From: Ignavibacteriales bacterium
GTDB lineage: Bacteria > Bacteroidota > Ignavibacteria > UBA10030 > F1-140-MAGs086
DNA: 64,000 bases
Assembly (NCBI GenBank): GCA_018335975.1
Contig: JAGXRH010000024.1
Span: 30,738 to 94,737 of the forward strand
Reading direction: 5' to 3'
The stretch's first letter is position 1. The number at the start of each line of letters is the position of its first letter. The position numbers and the translations under genes were made by a program. The notes below the pieces were generated by a model, which was not told where the DNA came from, did not search any database, and was given only the letters and a program-made list of their open reading frames with translations. Below are positions 50,167-60,411 of the stretch, piece after piece.

Positions 50167-50709
50167 ATGAAGATTTACACAAAAACCGGTGACAAAGGAG
50201 AGACGTCGCTGTATGGAGGGAAGCGTGTTTCTAAATCAACACTTCGTATCGAAGCCTACGGTACGGTGGATGAGTTAAATTCCGTCATCGGGATTTGTCG
50301 TTCAATGTGGCCTCCCGAAGAGTTGGATGGAATTCTGGAAGAGTTACAAGAGGTTTTATTTGTTCTCGGAGCAGATTTAGCAACGCCGCTTGATGCAACA
50401 ACGAAAATTCACCGAATCTCGACGGAAGATGTTGAGCAGTTGGAAAAATATATTGACTCCATCGAACCCCAACTCGAGCCGTTAAAAAGTTTTATTCTCC
50501 CGGGAGGCACGGGCGTTGCTTCCTATCTACATTTTACCCGGACTATTTGTCGCCGCGCAGAACGAGTAGTGGTTCAATTGTCCAAAGAAGAATCCATTGG
50601 CGACATACCTGTAATTTTTATCAACCGGCTTTCCGATTTTCTCTTTGTCCTTGCGCGGTGGGCAAATAAATTAGAAGGGCGCGAAGAGATAAAATGGAGT
50701 CCGAAATAA
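50167..50709 (+). CDS. PduO-type cob(I)alamin adenosyltransferase
   Basis: KIYTKTGDKGET, GTVDELNS, RRAER, NRLSD. Confidence 0.94.
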   Translation: MKIYTKTGDKGETSLYGGKRVSKSTLRIEAYGTVDELNSVIGICRSMWPPEELDGILEELQEVLFVLGADLATPLDATTKIHRISTEDVEQLEKYIDSIEPQLEPLKSFILPGGTGVASYLHFTRTICRRAERVVVQLSKEESIGDIPVIFINRLSDFLFVLARWANKLEGREEIKWSPK

Positions 50710-50768
50710 CATTTTTGATTTTACCCTAAAGAGTATTTTGCAAAGGATACTCTTTTTTTATTCCGTAA

Positions 50769-51125
50769 ATGAAAACAAACGAAGAAGTCGTCTCGCTTAT
50801 CGAAAAAGAATTTACCACGGCGAAACACGCCGTATCAATCGGTAACGAGGGAATGGTTCGTGTGTGCGCCCGTCGTGCGTGTGGAATTGCAATTACGTAC
50901 CTCCTCGAATATTTTCCGGAAAAGAAATGGGGAAATGATGCGATGAATCAATTGAAGAGTTTGCAAACCGATGTTTCTTTTTCTGAAGAATCACGAGACG
51001 CGGCAATGCGATTAACGACAAAAGTAAATCAGCAATTTTCAGTTCCGTTTTCCGAAAACCCGATTGATGATGCGAAAATAATTATTGAAGAAGTTGAAAA
51101 CAAGTTACGAGTTGCGAAATTGTAA
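50769..51125 (+). CDS. Hypothetical protein, 118 aa
   Basis: ATG ORF, GNEGMVRVCARRA. Confidence 0.6.
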   Translation: MKTNEEVVSLIEKEFTTAKHAVSIGNEGMVRVCARRACGIAITYLLEYFPEKKWGNDAMNQLKSLQTDVSFSEESRDAAMRLTTKVNQQFSVPFSENPIDDAKIIIEEVENKLRVAKL

Positions 51126-51776
51126 AATTCCTTTCTCGCCTTTTTCTTCAAACAAATCGCACAGCCGATTATCAGAATCAACGTGATAAATGTACGTTGG
51201 AAACGAAACCCGCTTCACGATATATTTTTTTTGCAATCGCGCAATCAAATCGAAGTCTTCCGCGAAAGAAATGTTCCGAAATCCTTTGAGTGCAACAAGG
51301 CATTTTCTTTTCACAAACAGCGTTCCCGCAGAATGACATTTTGAAATATGAATTTTCTTTTTCGGATTCATAGCGTCGGGAACAAAATGTTTTTCTTTCG
51401 GCCCAACGATTTTCATTCCTCCGAAAATTCCATCAAGAGAATTTTCTTCGAGAAACGAAAGCCGTTTCACAATGTGATTCGGTTCATATTCATCATCGGA
51501 ATCGAGAAAGCAAATGTATTTTCCTTTCGATAATTGCAAACCAATATTTCGCGATAATGCAAGTCCTTTGTTCGCGTGGCGAGTATAAATTATTCTCTTA
51601 TCTTTTTTTACCAACGGAAGTAAAATTTTTTCCGAACCGTCCGTGCTTCCATCGTCAATAATGAGCAATTCCCAATTCGAATACGTTTGCTCAAATACAG
51701 AATGAATCGCGCGTTCAACGAGATGTTTGCGATTGAACGTGCATAGAATAATGGATATGAGCGGTTGCGATTTCAT
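51105..51776 (-). CDS. GT2 glycosyltransferase
   Basis: ISIILCTFNR, DDGSTD, FLDSDD, EDFD; start ATG 51776. Confidence 0.9.
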   Translation of the reverse strand: MKSQPLISIILCTFNRKHLVERAIHSVFEQTYSNWELLIIDDGSTDGSEKILLPLVKKDKRIIYTRHANKGLALSRNIGLQLSKGKYICFLDSDDEYEPNHIVKRLSFLEENSLDGIFGGMKIVGPKEKHFVPDAMNPKKKIHISKCHSAGTLFVKRKCLVALKGFRNISFAEDFDLIARLQKKYIVKRVSFPTYIYHVDSDNRLCDLFEEKGEKGILQFRNS

Positions 51777-51863
51777 TTCGGCGGAGAAAATACAAAATAA
51801 ATCGCGAATCAAACCTCGCGTGTTTTAGAAAGCCGTTATGTTTTTGTAATTTTGCCCGCAATT

Positions 51864-54800
51864 ATGAAACTTCCTCTCGTATATTTTTTCCTTTTTCTCT
51901 TTTCGTTTTCACTCGTTGCGCCCGGTCAGGATGCGCAGGAGAACGCCGAATTCAAACTCGCAGTTAAACTCTACGAAGATAAGAGTTACGACCTCGCTCT
52001 TGAGCAATTTAAACGCTTTTCTGAAAAATATTCTTCGTCGGCAAATGCTGTTGAAGCAAAATTTTACGTTGGGCAAATCCAAATTCAACTGAAACAATTT
52101 GACGAAGCGCGTTCGACATTTCAAAATTTTGCGTTGAGTAATTCCACTAATCCCAAAGCGCCGCAAGCGTGGATGTATGTTGCAGAAATGTTTGAACGCA
52201 CAAATAATGTGAAAGAAGCGGCGAATGCGTACGAGCGATTGAAAGTATTTTTTCCCAATGACGCTGCAGTCCCCGATGCGTTATTGAAAGCAAGCAACTG
52301 TTACCGGCGTTTGGGCGACACGGAAAATGAGCAGCGCGTTTTGAAAACTATCACACGCGATTATGCAATCTCGAAAGCGTTTCCAAAAGCGCGATTGCGG
52401 CTCGTTTCGCTTTCCATTGATGCGGGAAATGTGCGTATGGCGGAAAGTGAGTTGCAAAAAATTGCGAACGAAAGCGGCGACAAATCCATTCAAGCAGAAG
52501 CATTGCTCGCACTCGGAAATTTAAATATACATCTCGCAAAGTTCGACGATGCAGAAAAATCGTTTCGCGCGGTGTTAGAAAAATTTTCTACGTCGCCATC
52601 GGCTTATCGCGCACAGTTCGAACTCGGAAAACTTTCGCAGCAAAAAGAAAAATATTTGGAAGCGATTGATTTTTTCAAAAAAGCTATGAAAGATTCGATT
52701 GATGTTGGTGAGGAAGCGATGGTTGAAACGGGAAATAGTTTTCTCGCGCTCGATGATGAAACGAATGCGCTTGCGTATTACGAACAATTCTTGCAAAAAT
52801 TTCCTTCGAGTGAACTGAGAACAAATGTTTTGATTCAATCCGGAATTGCATCATCAAAAGGGAAAAAGTTTTCCAAAGCGAAAGAATATTTTCAGAAAGC
52901 AATTACGCAAGGGAATGATTCGCTGAAAAAAATCGCATTGAAACACTTTGCAGAAAGCGCGGAAGCGAATAAAGATTTTTCTCTTTCTGCAAATGTGTAC
53001 GAACAACTTGCCACGCTTTGTAATGATAACATAAATTCTCCCGTTGCATTATACCGCGCGGGAAAAGTCTTGCTGGAACACACTGAACATTACGAAGAAG
53101 CGCGGAGAGTATTTTCATTGTTTGATGAGAAATTTCCCCAACACACTTTTTCCGATGACGTTTTCTTTGCAATTGCCGTATGCGATGATTCGCTTCACGA
53201 ATACGAAAAAGCCATTGTAAAATATTCTTCGATGAAGAAACTATTTCCTTCAAGTGAATTAATTGACAGCGCAGAACAACGAGCAAAATTTATTCAAACA
53301 TATTTACAAAAAGATTATCGCGTTGCTGTAGAAAAACTTGCTTTACTCGTCGGCGATGCGATTGGCGGCGGAAATAAAGGCGTTGTTGCGTTTCGTCTTG
53401 GCGAAATTTATTTCAACGATTTCAAAAATTATTCTGCCGCTGCGCAACAATTTGAAAATGCTTTGAAGACTGAACTTGCGAGTGAAAAAAAAGCAGAAGC
53501 AATGTTTTTCCGAGCGTGGAGCGTGGAGCGTGGAGCGGAGAGCAAGGATGCGATTTCTTTGTACGAAGAATTTCTAAAACAGTTTCCCTCTCATCGTTTT
53601 GCACACGAAGCGGCATTCGCTCGATTTCTACTTCGAAGGAAAACGATTTCTCTACAAGAATTGCCGCTCGTTGTAGAAAATTTACTTGCTTCGTTTCCGT
53701 TAGTTCCTAAAAAAGATGAAGTAATTCTTTCATTAGCAAAAACGTTTGAACAAAGTGGACAAATTGATACGGCGAAAAAAACATATTTGCAAGTCGCAGA
53801 ACAATTTCCCACAACGGAAAGCGCGGAAGAAGCATTGTTTCGTTTAGGAGAAATTTACAAATCGAACGCCAACGGTGATTCGGCAAAAATGTTTTGGGAA
53901 AAAGAGTTGCAAAAATTTCCCAATGGAAAATTTTCTGCACAAGCAATGTTTGAATTAGGTTTGGTATTTCTTCAAGAACAAAATTTTTCTTCCAACAAAA
54001 CTGCCGATGAACTTTTTAGAAATATTCGAGAGCAATTTTACTACACGAATTATTCCGTTAGTTCAGATAGTTTAGAGCTTGAAGCATTGCAGAGAGAAAA
54101 GAAAAACGATGAAGCGATTTCTCTTCTGCAAAGAATGTTTGATGAACAGAAAAGAAATTTATTTACCGAAGGTAATTCATTCTCGCTCTATAATAAACTT
54201 GGCGAGATTTTTTCTTCAGAAAATAATGCAAGTAAAACACGAGAACATTATCTAACCGCGCTTTTGCTTGACCATAATTCTTCCAATGCCGCACAAGTAT
54301 TTTTTGCTCTGGGAAATTTGGAAAAGAAAGAGGGCAATTCCGATTTAGCGGCGGCGTATTTTCGTCAAGCCAGCGCACTCGGAGCAACAGGAAACGCGCA
54401 GAAAAATATTGCTGATTTACTTTTTGAAACGGAGCAATACGTTGAGGCGATTCGACAATATGAAGAATTGAAAAAAACTGCGGCGAGCGATTCACTGAAA
54501 AAATATTATCAAGAAAAAATCATTGTCGCGAAACTGCGTTCGGATAATTTACTCGGCGCAAACCCGTTGTTCGATGATTTCAAAAAAACATTTGCAAGCG
54601 ATAGCATAACAATCGCCTCACTGGAAATTGAACGCGCGCGATATTTTATGCGACAAAGTAATTTGCAAACGGCATCGAAAATTCTGGATGGAATTCTTGC
54701 AAAGAAAACAAACGATGAAACGGTTGCTCGTACGTTATATTGGCGAGGAAAAATTTATGAATCGCTGGAGAAGCCGGATTCTGCAGAAAAAATGTATCGT

Positions 54801-55457
54801 CGCGTTATTTCTATTTCGTCCGATGCCGACATTCTTCCACGCGCGATTCTTTCGCTGGGAAACATTGCATACAACAACGAACAATTCGATTCTGCTATTA
54901 CATTATATCAGCGCGTGTTGACGTACGAAGAAAAAGCGAGCGACATTCTTCCGCTTGCAATGAGCAATTTGATAGAAGCGTTTCAATCGTTGCGGCTGTA
55001 CGATGCGGCATTAAAAGCAACGCGGGACTTCATTGCGGCATTTCCGAATGACGAATCAATTCTCAGCAAAAAAATTAACATCGGCGTTTTATATACACGG
55101 CTTGAATATTACGACCAAGCGATTCTTCATTTTCAAAAACTCCTTGATGATTACGGAAGCGACATCGAGGCAGAAGTGCGTTACGATATTGGCGAAGCGC
55201 AATTTTACAAAGGCGATTATCAACAAGCGATTTTGGAATTTTTGAAAGTCCCGTACCTCGTAACGAAGAAAACTAAAATTGATTGGACGGCAACATCATT
55301 GTATATGGCGGGACAATCGTACGAAAAACTTTCCAAGTTCGATAATGCGATGGAAATGTATCAACAAATCATTGATAGACCGGGCATTGACGCAATGTTC
55401 AAAGCCTCGGCAAAAAAAGAAATTGATAGAGTGAAGAATTTGATGAAGAAAGGGTAA
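51864..55457 (+). CDS. Large exported TPR protein (BamD/CpoB-type repeats)
   Basis: Signal peptide, many TPRs ending in (F/Y)P-x-S. Confidence 0.88.
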   Translation: MKLPLVYFFLFLFSFSLVAPGQDAQENAEFKLAVKLYEDKSYDLALEQFKRFSEKYSSSANAVEAKFYVGQIQIQLKQFDEARSTFQNFALSNSTNPKAPQAWMYVAEMFERTNNVKEAANAYERLKVFFPNDAAVPDALLKASNCYRRLGDTENEQRVLKTITRDYAISKAFPKARLRLVSLSIDAGNVRMAESELQKIANESGDKSIQAEALLALGNLNIHLAKFDDAEKSFRAVLEKFSTSPSAYRAQFELGKLSQQKEKYLEAIDFFKKAMKDSIDVGEEAMVETGNSFLALDDETNALAYYEQFLQKFPSSELRTNVLIQSGIASSKGKKFSKAKEYFQKAITQGNDSLKKIALKHFAESAEANKDFSLSANVYEQLATLCNDNINSPVALYRAGKVLLEHTEHYEEARRVFSLFDEKFPQHTFSDDVFFAIAVCDDSLHEYEKAIVKYSSMKKLFPSSELIDSAEQRAKFIQTYLQKDYRVAVEKLALLVGDAIGGGNKGVVAFRLGEIYFNDFKNYSAAAQQFENALKTELASEKKAEAMFFRAWSVERGAESKDAISLYEEFLKQFPSHRFAHEAAFARFLLRRKTISLQELPLVVENLLASFPLVPKKDEVILSLAKTFEQSGQIDTAKKTYLQVAEQFPTTESAEEALFRLGEIYKSNANGDSAKMFWEKELQKFPNGKFSAQAMFELGLVFLQEQNFSSNKTADELFRNIREQFYYTNYSVSSDSLELEALQREKKNDEAISLLQRMFDEQKRNLFTEGNSFSLYNKLGEIFSSENNASKTREHYLTALLLDHNSSNAAQVFFALGNLEKKEGNSDLAAAYFRQASALGATGNAQKNIADLLFETEQYVEAIRQYEELKKTAASDSLKKYYQEKIIVAKLRSDNLLGANPLFDDFKKTFASDSITIASLEIERARYFMRQSNLQTASKILDGILAKKTNDETVARTLYWRGKIYESLEKPDSAEKMYRRVISISSDADILPRAILSLGNIAYNNEQFDSAITLYQRVLTYEEKASDILPLAMSNLIEAFQSLRLYDAALKATRDFIAAFPNDESILSKKINIGVLYTRLEYYDQAILHFQKLLDDYGSDIEAEVRYDIGEAQFYKGDYQQAILEFLKVPYLVTKKTKIDWTATSLYMAGQSYEKLSKFDNAMEMYQQIIDRPGIDAMFKASAKKEIDRVKNLMKKG

Positions 55458-55465
55458 CTCTTTTT

Positions 55466-55600
55466 AAAATTCAAAAAACACAAATTCTAAATTACAAATA
55501 AATTCCAAAGAGCGACTTCAAAACAACAAAACATCTTGAATTGTTGGCGCATTAGAATTTGAGGTTTGTTTGTTATTTGTGTTTTGGAATTTAGGATTTT
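55466..55600. repeat. Long imperfect inverted repeat of ~7-nt units
   Basis: AAACACAAATTCTAAATTACAAATAAATTCCAA ... TTTGTTTGTTATTTGTGTTTTGGAATTTAGGATTT. Confidence 0.65.
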
Positions 55601-55642
55601 TAAGTTTGTAACATTTATAAAATTATTTTTTAAAAAACATTT

Positions 55643-57013
55643 ATGTTTGACCAAGAACTCGAACGACTTTCGGCAATAACGCAATCGCGTACCATCGGCT
55701 CGCGGGGAAGCGTAACGTTGCAAGAAATTCTCGCAGCGGATATTCCCGCGAGCATTCAGCATTATTTTCGACATGGAGTGGAAGAAAAATTTTTCCGTGA
55801 ATGGAAAGAAACAGAAGCCGCAAGCAGATTTCCGTACCAACATCCGAGTGTAAAAAAAATAAAACGCGAGTTGCAATCATCTCTGACGATGAATTATGTT
55901 TTCTCGCGGAAAGAATTTCTCGATGCGCTTGATGACGGAATTCATTTGATGTTGAATTATCTTATTCGCCCGCAGTGGACGTTGGCGAGTTTTGTTTTCA
56001 ACAGCCGCGAAACGATTGATTCTCCAAAATTGATGGAACTGCTCAACGGGTTTTATGAATACGAGTACATTCGCGAAATCACAAAAAGCGTGATTGAAAA
56101 AAGCAAGATGACAAAATTTTCGCAAGAAGAATTTCGGTTGTTGCTCCAAAATCTTGATTACGAATATGCGCGTAGAAGAAATGTGAAAGAACTTGCAGAA
56201 CTCACACAGCCAATGTATCGTTACTTCAGCATCGGCGGAGTTCATTCGCAATCTTCAATTTCTACATCCGCGCTGATAAAATTTTTCGATGATAAAAATC
56301 TATCCTCTGTTTCTTCGCGACTCCACGATGCAGCGGAAAGAGAAAATGCAGAACAATGTTCAAGCAATGATTTACAAAAATATTTGGAAGAAGTGTATGT
56401 GAAGAATGGAAGTTTTGTAGCGAAACCGACAGCGACAATAATTTCTAAACGCGAAGAACAGCCGAAACAATTTTATGAATCGCCGGTTATTGCGCGAGAA
56501 GAAATTGTTGAAGAAAAAATAAATGAACTCGAGGAAGAAATGTATTCAACTTCGCCAACAGAAGAAGAAGTTCTCGCACTTTTAAAGAAACCTCAAACCT
56601 CAAATCTCAAACCTCCAAATGAAGAATTTGATGAAGATGTTCGTGAAAATCAAGACCACGCCCGTTCGATGTTGATGAACAAAGCAAATGAAGCATCGAA
56701 AAACAAACCATTGTATGATGATTCTGCGGGACCGTTGTTTGAAGTTTCGGGTGAAAATGTTGTGAAGAAAATAGAAACACAAAACGGCATTCGCGCGTTG
56801 ATTTCCGAACGAATGAAAAAGAAATTCATCAAAAAGATTTTCAAAAAAGAGGAAAGTCTGTACGAGCAGGAAATAGATATGCTCGAACACAAGCAATCGT
56901 GGAGCGAAGCAGCGCGGCACATCGGCGATATTTTTATTGCGAATGAGATTGACCCGTATTCTTCGATTGCCGTCAAGTTCACGGAAATTATTCATTCACG
57001 GTTTCGCAAATGA
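55643..57013 (+). CDS. Hypothetical protein, 456 aa
   Basis: Long ATG ORF; helical N-domain (NYLIRPQWTL), acidic linker, C-domain (KKFIKKIF...IDPYS). Confidence 0.75.
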   Translation: MFDQELERLSAITQSRTIGSRGSVTLQEILAADIPASIQHYFRHGVEEKFFREWKETEAASRFPYQHPSVKKIKRELQSSLTMNYVFSRKEFLDALDDGIHLMLNYLIRPQWTLASFVFNSRETIDSPKLMELLNGFYEYEYIREITKSVIEKSKMTKFSQEEFRLLLQNLDYEYARRRNVKELAELTQPMYRYFSIGGVHSQSSISTSALIKFFDDKNLSSVSSRLHDAAERENAEQCSSNDLQKYLEEVYVKNGSFVAKPTATIISKREEQPKQFYESPVIAREEIVEEKINELEEEMYSTSPTEEEVLALLKKPQTSNLKPPNEEFDEDVRENQDHARSMLMNKANEASKNKPLYDDSAGPLFEVSGENVVKKIETQNGIRALISERMKKKFIKKIFKKEESLYEQEIDMLEHKQSWSEAARHIGDIFIANEIDPYSSIAVKFTEIIHSRFRK

Positions 57014-57103
57014 TAACTTTTATGGAAGAAATTTAATCCGTGAACAAAATTCCTTCCTCTAACATTTTCGTATTTTATCACCGCTTTTTCTACAGAAAAA
57101 ACA

Positions 57104-58273
57104 ATGCCAAAAACAAAACCCGTTGATTACTACAACATAGAAAGTCTCCTTTCATCCGAAGAAATTCTCGTACGCGATACCGTGCGCGAATTTGTTGATG
57201 ATAACGTTCTTCCGATAATCGAAAAATGCTGCCGTGAAGGAAAATTTCCACTTGAACTCGTACCGAAAATGGCGGAATTGGGAATGTTTGGTCCTACGCT
57301 TCCGCAAAAATACGGCGGTTCGGATTTGAACAACGTTGCGTACGGATTGATGACGCAAGAACTTGAACGCGGCGATAGCGGTATCAGAAGTTTTGCTTCT
57401 GTGCAGAGCGGTTTGGTGATGTATCCGATTTATGCGTACGGAAATGAAGAACAAAAAATGAAATGGCTTCCGCAACTTGCCGCGGGAAAAAAAATAGGTT
57501 GCTTCGGATTGACGGAGCCGGATTTTGGTTCGAACCCGGGAGGAATGATTACGAGAGCGGAAGAAACTTCGAGCGGATATTTACTCAACGGCGCAAAAAT
57601 GTGGATTACCAACGGAACAATCGCCGATGTTGCAATTGTGTGGGCGAAATTGAATGGCGTTGTTCGCGGATTTCTTGTCGAAAAAGGAATGAAAGGTTTT
57701 ACTGCGCCGGAAATGAAAGGAAAACATTCACTTCGCGCATCGGTAACATCGGAATTAGTTTTTGACAACTGCGAAATTCCAAAAGAAAATTTACTGCCGA
57801 ATGTTGAAGGATTGAAAGGTCCGCTTGGTTGTTTATCGCAAGCGCGTTACGGAATTGCGTGGGGTGGAATTGGCGCAGCAATGGCGGCTTATGAATGTGC
57901 TTTGGGTTATGCAAAGTCACGTATTCAATTTGGAAAACCAATTGCATCATTTCAAATCACGCAAGAAAAACTTGTGTATATGGTTACGGAAATTACGAAA
58001 ATGCAACTCGTGTGCTTGCAACTCGGAAGAATGAAAGACAACAAGACAGTTCGCTTTCAACAAATATCGTTTGCAAAAAGAAATAATATTCATCACGCAT
58101 TGGAAATTTGCCGCATCGCGCGTTCGATTCTTGGTGCAAACGGAATTCTCGATGAATATCCCGTGATGCGACACATGGCAAATTTGGAATCGGTGATTAC
58201 GTACGAAGGAACTCACGAAATGCATACGCTGATTATCGGCGAAGATATTACGGGAATCGCGGCGTTTGTGTAA
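57104..58273 (+). CDS. Acyl-CoA dehydrogenase, glutaryl-CoA dehydrogenase-like
   Basis: GCFGLTEPDFGSNP, KMWITN, ARYGIAWG, TYEGTH. Confidence 0.92.
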   Translation: MPKTKPVDYYNIESLLSSEEILVRDTVREFVDDNVLPIIEKCCREGKFPLELVPKMAELGMFGPTLPQKYGGSDLNNVAYGLMTQELERGDSGIRSFASVQSGLVMYPIYAYGNEEQKMKWLPQLAAGKKIGCFGLTEPDFGSNPGGMITRAEETSSGYLLNGAKMWITNGTIADVAIVWAKLNGVVRGFLVEKGMKGFTAPEMKGKHSLRASVTSELVFDNCEIPKENLLPNVEGLKGPLGCLSQARYGIAWGGIGAAMAAYECALGYAKSRIQFGKPIASFQITQEKLVYMVTEITKMQLVCLQLGRMKDNKTVRFQQISFAKRNNIHHALEICRIARSILGANGILDEYPVMRHMANLESVITYEGTHEMHTLIIGEDITGIAAFV

Positions 58274-58291
58274 TAGTTAGCAGCAACCCTA

Positions 58292-59179
58292 ATGACGACA
58301 AAACTGATTTTAGTTTTCACATTACTTTTACAAATGTTGGTTGGGACGATTGCATCTGCTCATCCAGGTTCTGGAATTGTAGTTGATAAGTATGGACAGA
58401 TTTACTTTACCGATACAGGCAAAGGTGTTTGGAAAATTGATGCAAGTGGTAAGCTCACCTATTTGCCCGCATCCAAGTTTCATTGGATGACCATTGATGC
58501 GATTGGATACTTTGCAGAATCACCAAAAAATTTCGGAGAGTATTTTGAAAGAGTAACACCACAAAGCACCAAACCTGCTCTTATTATGTGTTCCGATTTT
58601 CCACTTGTTCTTGGCAAGGACGGAAATATTTATTATGCCGATACTCGTCACAGTTCAACAAAAATTATCCGAAGAACTCCTGACGGAAAAGAATCTGTAT
58701 TAGCAAGCGACAAGATGTTTGAATTCATCAGCGGTATTACTGTCGGTGGTGACGGCTCACTTTATATCACTGAGGCGAGTAATGCTAACGCTAACACAAT
58801 CCGAAAGATTACGATGAGTGGAACTGTATCAATCATTGCGACCTATATTGGAAAAAGCGGCAACGATTTACCATTGGAAACCTCGCCTTCCTATTGTCGT
58901 GGATTGGCTGTTGACTCAACAGGAACTATTTATATTGCTGCAACTGGAAGTCGCAGCGTACTCAAGATAACTCCTCAAGGTAAAGTAACAACCATTCTTC
59001 AGACAACAAGTCCTTGGACACCTACAGGCGTTGCAGTGTTTCACGGTGTAGTGTATGTGTTGGAGTGGCATGATGTAACTCCTGAAAATCTCGAAGTGCG
59101 TAGTGCGTGGATACCGAGAGTTAGAAAAATCGGAATTGACGGAAACGTAACAACTGTTGCAACCGTATCGCGTAACTGA
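58292..59179 (+). CDS. Exported NHL-like beta-propeller protein
   Basis: Signal peptide, HPGSGIVVD, repeated G(L/I)xVD..G.IY blades. Confidence 0.75.
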   Translation: MTTKLILVFTLLLQMLVGTIASAHPGSGIVVDKYGQIYFTDTGKGVWKIDASGKLTYLPASKFHWMTIDAIGYFAESPKNFGEYFERVTPQSTKPALIMCSDFPLVLGKDGNIYYADTRHSSTKIIRRTPDGKESVLASDKMFEFISGITVGGDGSLYITEASNANANTIRKITMSGTVSIIATYIGKSGNDLPLETSPSYCRGLAVDSTGTIYIAATGSRSVLKITPQGKVTTILQTTSPWTPTGVAVFHGVVYVLEWHDVTPENLEVRSAWIPRVRKIGIDGNVTTVATVSRN

Positions 59180-59245
59180 AAAGTAGGGTGATGTCGATAA
59201 CATAATAAGAATGACATATAAATTTAAAGAAAGAATTATAACAAT

Positions 59246-60346
59246 TTGACTTCACCATTTTCAAAAAGAATTTCAGCGTTACGCGATGAATTGCATTCAC
59301 ACAACGTGGATGCAATTTTCATTTCGTTTCTTCCGCATCTTCGGTACGTTTCCAATTTTTCCGGCTCGTACGGATTGGGAATCATTTTAAAAAACTCGAA
59401 CCCCAAACCGCAAACCCCTAACCTTTTCTTCACCGACGGTCGCTATAAAGAACAAATAAAATCCGAACTTAACGGATGGAAAGTTTTTATCACGCGGGAC
59501 AATTTGATTGAGTTTATCAAAGAGAAAAAAATATTGCGTGGAATAAAAAACATTGGCTTCGATAAAAACACGCTTTCATTCGCAGAACATGCAAAACTTG
59601 TTGAAACTTTTCCGCACACAAAATTTATTCCGCTGGAAAATGTTTTTGAGAAGTTTACTTCAATCAAAGATGAAACGGAACTCGTTTCACTAAAGAAAGC
59701 AATAAAAATTACTGACGATGTTTTCACGGAAATTCTTTCTGCAATAGAAATTGGGATGACAGAAAGCGAACTCGCCGCAGAAATTTCTTTCTTGCAAAAA
59801 ATTCTTGGCGGAGAAACAGATGCGTTTGAGCCAATTGTTGCAAGCGGTTGGCGGGGAGCATTACCGCACGCACGTTCATCGCAAAAGAAAATCAAACGCG
59901 GCGAAATGCTGGTACTTGATTTCGGAACTGTTGTTGATGGTTATCATTCCGATATGACGCGAACAGTCGGCGTTGGAAAAATTTCGAGCGAGATAAAAAA
60001 TGTCTATCAAGTTGTAAAAGATGCGCAGCAACACGCCATTGATGCAGTGAAAAACGGAAAGGATGCGAAAGCAATTGATAGCGTAGCAAGAAATTATATT
60101 CGCAAAAAAGGCTACGGGAAATATTTTAATCACTCGCTGGGACACGGCGTTGGTTTGCAAATTCACGAAGCGCCAAAACTTTCTCCAACAAGCAAACACA
60201 CACTGCAAACCGGAATGGCAATTACGATTGAACCCGGAATTTATGTTCCCGAACTATGCGGAATACGAATTGAAGATATTGTTGTTGTGGAAAAAGATGG
60301 ATGCAAGGTTTTAACGCAAACGAGGAAGGAGTTAGTCGTGGTTTGA
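59246..60346 (+). CDS. Xaa-Pro aminopeptidase (M24B)
   Basis: TDGRY, SDMTRT, HSLGHGVGLQIHE, EPGIY, RIED. Confidence 0.93.
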   Translation: MTSPFSKRISALRDELHSHNVDAIFISFLPHLRYVSNFSGSYGLGIILKNSNPKPQTPNLFFTDGRYKEQIKSELNGWKVFITRDNLIEFIKEKKILRGIKNIGFDKNTLSFAEHAKLVETFPHTKFIPLENVFEKFTSIKDETELVSLKKAIKITDDVFTEILSAIEIGMTESELAAEISFLQKILGGETDAFEPIVASGWRGALPHARSSQKKIKRGEMLVLDFGTVVDGYHSDMTRTVGVGKISSEIKNVYQVVKDAQQHAIDAVKNGKDAKAIDSVARNYIRKKGYGKYFNHSLGHGVGLQIHEAPKLSPTSKHTLQTGMAITIEPGIYVPELCGIRIEDIVVVEKDGCKVLTQTRKELVVV

Positions 60347-60411
60347 GGTTTGGGGTTTGTGAAATTATTTTTTTCTCCAACCGCAAATCTCCAACCACCA
60401 ACCAATTTGTT

